A DNA stretch of 64,000 nucleotides from Trypanosoma brucei (Eukaryota), in contig AE017150.2 of assembly GCA_000002445.1 (NCBI GenBank), positions 608,001 through 672,000 on the forward strand, written 5' to 3'. A program made the position numbers and the translations under genes. The notes below the pieces were generated by a model. It had not been told where the DNA came from. It saw only the letters and a program-made list of their open reading frames with translations, and made no database searches. Numbering within the stretch: the first letter of the stretch is position 1; the number at the start of each line of letters is the position of its first letter. Shown here one piece after another: positions 1-9,079 of this stretch.

Positions 1-680
1 CTAGGGATCGAAAGCTCTCAGGTGGCAATGCTTGGCGGTGTAATGTATGCATGGCCGCAGTGTTGAATACCATTCCTTATATCTACTCGATGAGTTCAGT
101 TTTGGCGAGTTAGCCTATGATTGTGTCTTCGATGTTTTATCTCGGGGTTTAGTAGAGGTGGACACATATAAAGTTATGGGGGCGGCTGTTACCTGTGGGA
201 GTCCTATTATAAAGTGGTAAGTACTGTGCCTCTTTTATGGGTGCTGTCAGACAAGCATTTTGTTTTGTGTGGAGACGAACTTTCCTCCATCTGCTTTGGA
301 GGGACGATTTAAGTCACTGCTGGTTTCTGTTGTGCAATAGAAACGCGAGAGGCAAAGTGTGTCTGTTGAAGTGCGATAATTCTTTTTGGGCGCGTCTTCA
401 TTACCGGGATGTTGGGAATGCTGATTACTGCTGTTTCCACTGTAGTGAGGCGAATAAACAGCTGCAAGTGTGTTTCGAATCCCTTTAGTTTTTAGTAAAT
501 CCTTTTCCGAATATGTGAATACCAAGCATACACACGCAATAATTTCCAAGCTAATATTTGTAACTCTGGATATTTCACAACTTGGGTATGTATGTAACAT
601 TGTAAATTGCTTTGCTTCTTTTGCAAAATCATTTGTGGAAGAGTTCTTGATAAGACTGAAAGGTGGAATAATATAAAAAA

Positions 681-1991
681 ATGATGAAGTATTTGCTGGT
701 ATTTGCAATTATTGCCACAAGAATCCCTGTGTTGTTGGCGACTAATGGTGGAGATAAACATGTGAAAGCTAACAAGAAGTTGACGAAAGAGGGAGCAGCG
801 GCACTCTGTAAAATGAAGCATCTTGCTGATAAAGTTGCAGAGGAGAGATCACAAGAGTTGAAGGATAGAACTCAAAATTTTGCTGGTTATATAGAGTTCG
901 AGTTGTATAGAATAGATTATTGGTTGGAAAAGCTGAACGGTCCGAAGGGGCGAAAAGACGGTTATGCTAAGCTGTCTGACTCTGATATAGAAAAAGTAAA
1001 GGAGATATTCAACAAGGCAAAAGATGGAATAGCTAAGCAACTCCCTGAGGCAAAGAAAGCCGGTGAGGAAGCTGAAAAACTACACACCGAAGTGAAGAAG
1101 GCCGCGAAGAATGCACGCGGAGTGAGGTTAAGTGAAGGAACGAACTCTAGTGGCCTTTACAGGATTTTGGATTGGTATTGTTTTAAAGAAGGGGAGAATG
1201 CGGGTAAGAGCGACAACTGTGATGGCGTCAAGTTCAGCGTGCATTACGAAACGCACAGAAGAAGGAATGTTATTGACTGCAGCAGCACCGGCTATGAGGA
1301 GAATTATGATTGGTCTGCGAACGCGCTGCAGGTGGCCCTAAATAGCTGGGAGAATGTGAAGCCAAAAAAAGTGGAGTCAGCCGGGTCGGACATGAATTGC
1401 AACATCGGCCAATCTTCCGAGAGCCATCCGTGCACCATGACAGAGGAGTGGCAGACTCCATACAAGGAAACTGTCGAAAAGCTAAGGGAACTTGAGGATG
1501 CGTACCAAAGGGGAAAGAAGGCTCATGATGCTATGTTGGGTTACGCTAATACCGCATATGCTGTGAACACGAAAGTGGAACAGGAAAAGCCGCTGACAGA
1601 GGTGATAGCGGCAGCCAAGGAAGCAGGGAAAAAGGGCGCGAAAATTATAATACCCGCAGCTGCCCCAGCAACACCGACTAACAGCACAAAAAATGAAGAT
1701 AGTGCTTCAACCGAGCATGTTGATAGAGGGATTGCAACAAATGAAACACAGGTGGAAGTTGGTATTGATGCTGACTTTGATAGTCTCCTAGATGCCACAG
1801 AGGCTGCAGAGGTAACGCGTAGACATCAGAGAACAGCAATGATTATATTGGCAGTCCTTGTACCTGCCATTATTCTTGTGGTTACGGCCGTTGCATTCTT
1901 CATAATGGTGAAACGAAGGAGGAATAGCTCCAAGGATGTGGACACCGGAAAAGCGGAGGGTGGGGTTTCTAGCGTAAAAGTAGTAATGTAG
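681..1991 (+). CDS. ISG65: Invariant surface glycoprotein ISG65, copy 1 (436 aa). N-terminal signal peptide, a charged ectodomain rich in conserved Cys, one C-terminal TM helix, and a short Lys-containing cytoplasmic tail ending VKVVM.
   Basis: The ATG at 681 was checked by hand. Signal-like N-terminus MMKYLLVFAIIATRIPVLLA. TM segment MIILAVLVPAIILVVTAVAFFIMV followed by KRRRNSS...KAEGGVSSVKVVM. The overall architecture and sequence match my memory of T. brucei ISG65, a tandemly arrayed type-I surface protein. Confidence 0.85.
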   Translation: MMKYLLVFAIIATRIPVLLATNGGDKHVKANKKLTKEGAAALCKMKHLADKVAEERSQELKDRTQNFAGYIEFELYRIDYWLEKLNGPKGRKDGYAKLSDSDIEKVKEIFNKAKDGIAKQLPEAKKAGEEAEKLHTEVKKAAKNARGVRLSEGTNSSGLYRILDWYCFKEGENAGKSDNCDGVKFSVHYETHRRRNVIDCSSTGYEENYDWSANALQVALNSWENVKPKKVESAGSDMNCNIGQSSESHPCTMTEEWQTPYKETVEKLRELEDAYQRGKKAHDAMLGYANTAYAVNTKVEQEKPLTEVIAAAKEAGKKGAKIIIPAAAPATPTNSTKNEDSASTEHVDRGIATNETQVEVGIDADFDSLLDATEAAEVTRRHQRTAMIILAVLVPAIILVVTAVAFFIMVKRRRNSSKDVDTGKAEGGVSSVKVVM

Positions 1992-2303
1992 ACTCACCTT
2001 CACTCTTAGACAAATGTGCAGTTTTTTTTTTAAACAGCGAGTGTAAATAAGGAAAACCAAAGAGAATAAAAATGATAATGAGTTGAATGAAAGTATATAG
2101 ATTCATGAGATAAGGAAGAAGGTCTAGCAGCATTTTCGTTGTTTTTGTTTTGTGGTAATACCTTACCTATATTTTTTTTAAAAATAAAGAATTGACACAA
2201 TAGAGTAAATATTTTCGCTTGAAGAAGCCGTTGTTGATTTTCTCTTCCATTTGTAAATTCAGCTGATCGTTTGAAGCATCCATCTCTCACACTGTACGTC
2301 ATC

Positions 2304-2681
2304 ATGGCTGGCGTGCTTCATGAAACTGCCACAACCGTATCATACAGGGGAGCGCTATGCAAATTAGCAGGTGTTGAGCTACAAGGGATTAATTTATCAC
2401 CACCTCAAAGGTTGTGTCAGTTGGAGTTGCTGATCAGTCGTGAGATCAACTGGCTGGCAGCAGTCCTCGAGGAATGGGAAGAAAAATATATGCTCTTCAC
2501 ATGTGTGCCGTACCGTGGTGTTGTGGACGCGTTTACAACCCTGCTCAGGACAATTAAGCGGCACCTGGAGACAGAGAACAGTTCAAAGGACAATGAAAAG
2601 GAGTGGGATGCGTTGCTGGCTTCTAGCATTACTGAATTTCAGGTGGAGGTTATGGAAATCGGAAAGGGTAAGAGTTACTAG
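2304..2681 (+). CDS. Conserved hypothetical protein (125 aa), interleaved between ISG65 copies. No TM segment and no signal peptide are evident.
   Basis: The ORF track starts at 2271 on TTG. The first ATG is at 2304, which matches the ATG-initiated copy at 5848 exactly. Across the two copies there are only 3 aa differences. Confidence 0.5.
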   Translation: MAGVLHETATTVSYRGALCKLAGVELQGINLSPPQRLCQLELLISREINWLAAVLEEWEEKYMLFTCVPYRGVVDAFTTLLRTIKRHLETENSSKDNEKEWDALLASSITEFQVEVMEIGKGKSY

Positions 2682-4223
2682 CATTTTTTTCTTTTCTTCC
2701 TAAATGGACATTTAACTTTTTTTCCTCTTTTTTTTACGGTGGTATATCCTCTTTTTTTGTCACCCAATGGTTAAATTACCATGCGGTGACAAAACAAAGA
2801 CTCGGTTTTTAAACTCATTGAGAATAATAGAGTACGCATACCTAAAAAAAAGTGTATGCGGAGTGGATTATGTATTCTCATGAAATCAATCATTCAAATA
2901 TCTAATGCAAAGCGCAAACAACTGTACGACGGAAATTTTTTTAATTTTTGCGGTGCCTCTATAAATAACTCCTTCACTAACCGTTATTGCTCGACGTAGC
3001 ATCACTAGGTAAACCTTTACGCGTTCGTCTGCTTTGAATGCACTAGTTCATACAGCTCCCTAAAGTCTAACTCCGTCTCAACTTTTTCCCCACTCTTACA
3101 CATCGAATAGTCTCCGACAAAATACAAACCCTTGGGAGTCGCACCTCCACAAGAAATTAGTTATAGCTAGCCTTCCCCCACTGCCCACATTATGCATCCT
3201 TATCAATTGCCTCGGCTGATAACTTAAATTGACAGCGTAATTGAACTATCCGTCTCTGTTATGAGTCCCTGATGGCAGTACTCGTGGTTTCCATAGGAGG
3301 GGGAACGATCCGTCCGAATAATCCAAATTTGAGGGGTTAAAGGGTAGTAAAATACATTACTTTCATCAGATGAAGAACACACGAAATGACTTAAGGGTGC
3401 GAGAGTGGCATTCTGAACCTGTAAAATGTGTACCTTGCCTGCTTCTTCATGCCATGAAATGTAAATATATCCCAAACATTCAAGTCTGCTTTGTCGATAT
3501 ATTTGTCACAGAAGTGTAGTAGGTTACATGGTCTGTGTGAACTAGGGATCGAAAGCTCTCAGGTGGCAATGCTTGGCGGTGTAATGTATGCATGGCCGCA
3601 GTGTTGAATACCATTCCTTATATCTACTCGATGAGTTCAGTTTTGGCGAATTAGCCTATGATTGTGTCTTCGATGTTTTATCTCGGGGTTTAGTAGAGGT
3701 GGACACATATAAAGTTATGGGGGCGGCTGTTACCTGTGGGAGTCCTATTATAAAGTGGTAAGTACTGTGCCTCTTTTATGGGTGCTGTCAGACAAGCATT
3801 TTGTTTTGTGTGGAGACGGACTTTCCTCCATTTGCTTTGGAGGGACGATTTAAGTCACTGCTGGTTTCTGTTGTGCAATAGAAACGCGAGAGGCAAAGTG
3901 TGTCTGTTGAAGTGTGATTATTCTTTTTGGGTGCGTCTTCATTACCGGGATGTTGGGAATGCTGATTACTGCTGTTTCCACTGTAGTGAGGCGAATAAAC
4001 AGCTGCAAGTGTGTTTCGGATCCCTTTAGTTTTTAGTAAATCCTTTTCCGAATATGTGAATACCAAGCATACACATACGCAATAATTTCCAAGCTAATAT
4101 TTGTAACTCTGGATCTTTCACAACTTGGGTATGTATGTAACATTGTAAATTGCTTTGCTTCTTTTGCAAAATAATTTGTGGAAGAGTTCTTGATAAGACT
4201 GAAAGGTGGAATAATATAAAAAA

Positions 4224-5534
4224 ATGATGAAGTATTTGCTGGTATTTGCAATTATTGCCACAAGAATCCCTGTGTTGTTGGCGACTAATGGTGGAGATAA
4301 ACATGTGAAAGCTAACAAGAAGTTGACGAAAGAGGGAGCAGCGGCACTCTGTAAAATGAAGCATCTTGCTGATAAAGTTGCAGAGGAGAGATCACAAGAG
4401 TTGAAGGATAGAACTCAAATTTTTGCTGGTTATATAGAGTTCGAGTTGTATAGAATAGATTATTGGTTGGAAAAGCTGAACGGTCCGAAGGGGCGAAAAG
4501 ACGGTTATGCTAAGCTGTCTGACTCTGATATAGAAAAAGTAAAGGAGATATTCAACAAGGCAAAAGATGGAATAGCTAAGCAACTCCCTGAGGCAAAGAA
4601 AGCCGGTGAGGAAGCTGAAAAACTACACACCGAAGTGAAGAAGGCCGCGGCGAATGCACGTGGAGTGAGGTTAAGTGAAGGAACGAACTCTAGTGGCCTT
4701 TACAGGATTTTGGATTGGTATTGTTTTAAAGAAGGGGAGAATGCGGGTAAGAGCGACAACTGTGATGGCGTCAAGTTCAGCGTGCATTACGAAACGCACA
4801 GAAGAAGGAATGTTATTGACTGCAGCAGCACCGGCTATGAGGAGAATTATGATTGGTCTGCGAACGCGCTGCAGGTGGCCCTAAATAGCTGGGAGAATGT
4901 GAAGCCAAAAAAATTGGAGTCAGCCGGGTCGGACATGAATTGCAACATCGGCCAATCTTCCGAGAGCCATCCATGCACCATGACAGAGGAGTGGCAGACT
5001 CCATACAAGGAAACTGTCGAAAAGCTAAGGGAACTTGAGGATGCGTACCAAAGGGGAAAGAAGGCTCATGATGCTATGTTGGGTTACGCTAATACCGCAT
5101 ATGCTGTGAACACGAAAGTGGAACAGGAAAAGCCGCTGACAGAGGTGATAGCGGCAGCCAAGGAAGCAGGGAAAAAGGGCGCGAAAATTATAATACCCGC
5201 AGCTGCCCCAGCAACACCGACTAACAGCACAAAAAATGAAGATAGTGCTTCAACCGAGCATGTTGATAGAGGGATTGCAACAAATGAAACACAGGTGGAA
5301 GTTGGTATTGATGCTGACTTTGATAGTCTCCTAGATGCCACAGAGGCTGCAGAGGTAACGCGTAGACATCAGAGAACAGCAATGATTATATTGGCAGTCC
5401 TTGTACCTGCCATTATTCTTGTGGTTACGGCCGTTGCATTCTTCATAATGGTGAAACGAAGGAGGAATAGCTCCCAGGATGTGGACACCGGAAAAGCGGA
5501 GGGTGGGGTTTCTAGCGTAAAAGTAGTAATGTAG
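4224..5534 (+). CDS. ISG65: ISG65, copy 2 (436 aa). Differs from copy 1 at 4 residues: N66I, K143A, V222L and K422Q.
   Basis: Same features as copy 1. Start ATG checked at 4224. Confidence 0.85.
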   Translation: MMKYLLVFAIIATRIPVLLATNGGDKHVKANKKLTKEGAAALCKMKHLADKVAEERSQELKDRTQIFAGYIEFELYRIDYWLEKLNGPKGRKDGYAKLSDSDIEKVKEIFNKAKDGIAKQLPEAKKAGEEAEKLHTEVKKAAANARGVRLSEGTNSSGLYRILDWYCFKEGENAGKSDNCDGVKFSVHYETHRRRNVIDCSSTGYEENYDWSANALQVALNSWENVKPKKLESAGSDMNCNIGQSSESHPCTMTEEWQTPYKETVEKLRELEDAYQRGKKAHDAMLGYANTAYAVNTKVEQEKPLTEVIAAAKEAGKKGAKIIIPAAAPATPTNSTKNEDSASTEHVDRGIATNETQVEVGIDADFDSLLDATEAAEVTRRHQRTAMIILAVLVPAIILVVTAVAFFIMVKRRRNSSQDVDTGKAEGGVSSVKVVM

Positions 5535-5847
5535 ACTCACCTTCACTCTTGGACAAATGTGCAGTTTTTTTTTTTAAACAGCGAGTGTAAATAAGGAAAA
5601 CCAAAGAGAATAAAAATGATAATGAGTTGAATGAAAGTATATAGATTCATGAGATAAGGAAGAAGGTCTAGCAGCCTTTTCGTTGTTTTTGTTTTGTGGT
5701 AATACCTTACCTATATTTTTTTTAAAAATAAAGAATTGACACAATAGAGTAAATATTTTCGCTTGAAGAAGCCGTTGTTGATTTTCTCTTCCAGTCGTAA
5801 ATTCAGCTGATCGTTTAAAGCATCTATCTCTCACACTGTACGTCATC

Positions 5848-6225
5848 ATGGCTAGCATGCTTCATGAAACTGCCACAACCGTATCATACAGGGGAGCGCT
5901 ATGCAAATTAGCAGGTGTTGAGCTACAAGGGATTAATTTATCACCACCTCAAAGGCTGTGCCACTTGGGGTTGCTGATCAGTCGTGAGATCAACTGGCTG
6001 GCAGCAGTCCTCGAGGAATGGGAAGAAAAATATATGCTTTTGACATGTGTGCCGTACCGTGGTGTTGTGGACGCGTTTACAACCCTGCTCAGGACAATTA
6101 AGCGGCACCTGGAGACAGAGAACAGTTCAAAGGACAATGAAAAGGAGTGGGATGCGTTGCTGGCTTCTAGCATTACTGAATTTCAGGTGGAGGTTATGGA
6201 AATCGGAAAGGGTAAGAGTTACTAG
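5848..6225 (+). CDS. Conserved hypothetical protein, copy 2 (125 aa), interleaved between ISG65 copies.
   Basis: ATG-initiated. Near-identical to 2304..2681. Confidence 0.5.
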   Translation: MASMLHETATTVSYRGALCKLAGVELQGINLSPPQRLCHLGLLISREINWLAAVLEEWEEKYMLLTCVPYRGVVDAFTTLLRTIKRHLETENSSKDNEKEWDALLASSITEFQVEVMEIGKGKSY

Positions 6226-7765
6226 CATTTTTTTCTTTTCTTCCTAAATGGACATTTAACTTTTTTTCCTCTTTTTTTTACGGTGGTATATCCTCTTTTT
6301 TTGTCACCCAATGGTTAAATTACCATGCGGTGACAAAACAAAGACTCGGTTTTTAAACTCATTGAGAATAATAGAGTACGCATACCTAAAAAAAAGTGTA
6401 TGCGGAGTGGATTATGTATTCTCATGAAATCAATCATTCAAATATCTAATGCAAAGCGCAAACAACTGTACGACGGAAATTTTTTAAATTTTTGCGGTGC
6501 CTCTATAAATAACTCCTTCACTAACCGTTATTGCTCGACGTAGCATCACTAGGTAAACCTTTACGCGTTCGTCTGCTTTGAATGCACTAGTTCATACAGC
6601 TCCCTAAAGTCTAACTCCGTCTCAACTTTTTCCCCACTCTTACACATCGAATAGTCTTCGACAAAATACAAACCCTTGGGAGTCACACCTCCACAAGAAA
6701 TTAGTTATAGCTAGCCTTCCCCCACTGCGCAGATTATGCATCCTTATCAATTGCCTCGGCTGATAACTTAAATTGACAGCGTAATTGAACTATCCGTCTC
6801 TGTTATGAGTCCCTGATGGCAGTACTCGTGGTTTCCATAGGATGGGGAACGATCCGTCCGAATAATCCAAATTTGAGGGGTTAAAGGGTAGTAAAATACA
6901 TTACTTTCATCAGATGAAGAACACACGAAATGACTTAAGGGTGCGAGAGTGGCATTCTGAACCTGTAAAATGTGTACCTTGCCTGCTTCTTCATGCCATG
7001 AAATGTAAATATATCCCAAACATTCAAGTCTGCTTTGTCGATACATTTGTCACAGAAGTGTAGTAGGTTACATGGTCTGTGTGAACTGAGGATCGAAAGC
7101 TCTCAGGTGGCAATGCTTGGCGGTGTAATGTATGCATGGCCGCAGTGTTGAATACCATTCCTTATATCTACTCGATGAGTTCAGTTTTGGCGAGTTAGCC
7201 TATGATTGTGTCTTCGATGTTTTATCTCGGGGTTTAGTAGAGGTGGACACATATAAAGTTATGGGGGCGGCTGTTACCTGTGGGAGTCCTATTATAAAGT
7301 GGTAAGTACTGTGCCTCTTTTATGGGTGCTGTCAGACAAGCATTTTGTTTTGTGTGGAGACGAACTTTCCTCCATCTGCTTTGGAGGGACGATTTAAGTC
7401 ACTGCTGGTTTCTGTTGTGCAATAGAAACGCGAGAGGCAAAGTGTGTCTGTTGAAGTGCGATAATTCTTTTTGGGCGCGTCTTCATTACCGGGATGTTGG
7501 GAATGCTGATTACTGCTGTTTCCACTGTAGTGAGGCGAATAAACAGCTGCAAGTGTGTTTCGGATCCCTTTAGTTTTTAGTAAATCCTTTTCCGAATATG
7601 TGAATACCAAGCATACACACGCAATAATTTCCAAGCTAATATTTGTAACTCTGGATATTTCACAACTTGGGTATGTATGTAACATTGTAAATTGCTTTGC
7701 TTCTTTTGCAAAATCATTTGTGGAAGAGTTCTTGATAAGACTGAAAGGTGGAATAATATAAAAAA

Positions 7766-9079
7766 ATGATGAAGTATTTGCTGGTATTTGCAATTATTAC
7801 CACAAGAATCCCTGTGTTGTTAGTAATTGGCAGTGAGGATAACCGTGTTCCAGGAGACAAGAAGTTGACGAAAGAGGGAGCAGCGGCACTCTGTAAAATG
7901 AAGCATCTTGCTGATAAAGTTGCAGAGAAAGGAGCAGAGGACTTGAAGAAGAAAACTCAAAATTTTGCTGGTTTTATAGAGTTTGAGCAGGAGAAAGTTG
8001 ATAACTGGTTGGAGAAGCTGAGAAACCGGAAACAGTATAGCGACGGCTACGCTAAGCTATCTGATTCTGACGTTGAAAAAGTGAAGGAGATATTCGACAA
8101 GGCAAAAGATGGAATAACTAAACAACTCCCAGAAGCGGAGAAAGAGGCTAGAGAAGCTGAGAGGCTGTACGATGAAGTGAAGAAGGCGGCACAGGATGCA
8201 CGCGGACAGGATCTTGATGACGATACGGCGAAGTCCACGGGCTTGTACAGGGTGCTGAATTGGTACTGTATCACCAAAGACAACAACAAAGATATCACCC
8301 ACAATTGTGACGATGGGATCAAATTCAGAGATCATTATCTGTCGGTGAATAGAAGCGCTATTGACTGCAGCAGCACCGGCTATAAGGAGGATTATGATTG
8401 GTCTGCGAACGCGCTGCAGTCGGCTTTGAATGACTGGGAGAATGTGAAGCCAAAGGAAGTAAAACCAGAGAGCGGTGGTAATGACGTGTGCAAAAAGGAC
8501 GAATCTTCCGAGAGCCATCCGTGCACCATGACAGGAGGGTGGCAGACTCACTACAAGGATAGTATATTGAAGTTGAAAGAACTTGAAGATGCGCACAAAA
8601 GGGGAAAGGCGGCTCATGATGCTATGTTGGGTTACGCTAATACTGCACATGCGGCGAACACGAAAGTGGAACAGGAAAAGCCGCTGGCAGAGGTGATAAC
8701 GGCAGCCAAGGACGCAGGGAAAAAGGGCGCGAAAATTATAATACCCGCAGCTGCCCCAGCAACATCAACCGATAGCACAAAAAGTGAAGATAGTGCTCCA
8801 GCCGAGCATGTTGATAGAGGGATTGCAACAAATGAAACACAGGTGGAAGTTGGTATTGATGCTGACTTTGATAGTCTGCTGGAGGCCGCTGAAGCTGCCG
8901 AAGTAAAAAGCAGACATCAGAGAACAGCAATGATTATATTGGCAGTCCTTGTACCTGCCATTATTCTGGCTGCGGCCGTTGCATTCTTCATAATGGTGAA
9001 ACGAAGGAGGAATAGCTCCCAGGATGTGGACACTGGAAAAGCGGAGGGTGGGGTTTCTAGCGTAAAAGTAGTAATGTAG
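7766..9079 (+). CDS. ISG65: ISG65 family, divergent copy 3 (437 aa). The ectodomain is substantially diverged from copies 1 and 2. The first ~19 aa and the last ~130 aa (membrane-proximal region, TM and tail) are near-identical.
   Basis: Conserved Cys spacing is kept (CKMKHLADKVAE, WYC, IDCSSTGY, ESSESHPCTMT). The mature N-terminal region differs (VIGSEDNRVPGDKK versus ATNGGDKHVKANKK). The TM and tail are identical apart from LAAAVAF versus LVVTAVAF. Confidence 0.8.
   Translation: MMKYLLVFAIITTRIPVLLVIGSEDNRVPGDKKLTKEGAAALCKMKHLADKVAEKGAEDLKKKTQNFAGFIEFEQEKVDNWLEKLRNRKQYSDGYAKLSDSDVEKVKEIFDKAKDGITKQLPEAEKEAREAERLYDEVKKAAQDARGQDLDDDTAKSTGLYRVLNWYCITKDNNKDITHNCDDGIKFRDHYLSVNRSAIDCSSTGYKEDYDWSANALQSALNDWENVKPKEVKPESGGNDVCKKDESSESHPCTMTGGWQTHYKDSILKLKELEDAHKRGKAAHDAMLGYANTAHAANTKVEQEKPLAEVITAAKDAGKKGAKIIIPAAAPATSTDSTKSEDSAPAEHVDRGIATNETQVEVGIDADFDSLLEAAEAAEVKSRHQRTAMIILAVLVPAIILAAAVAFFIMVKRRRNSSQDVDTGKAEGGVSSVKVVM

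Noticed and set aside
237-708. 83-aa + strand ORF (237..488) and 153-aa - strand ORF (247..708), conserved in all three repeat units (also at 3778/3788 and 7322/7332).
   Set aside because: Conservation is explained by repeat-unit identity in the 5' flank of ISG65. The two ORFs overlap each other on opposite strands and are Cys/Phe-rich with no domain. They are most likely untranslated flank.
8057-8650. 197-aa - strand ORF inside ISG65 copy 3, and the similar 1541..1798 and 5084..5341 - strand ORFs.
   Set aside because: These are antisense shadows of a well-supported + strand gene and are not on the strand of the local transcription unit.
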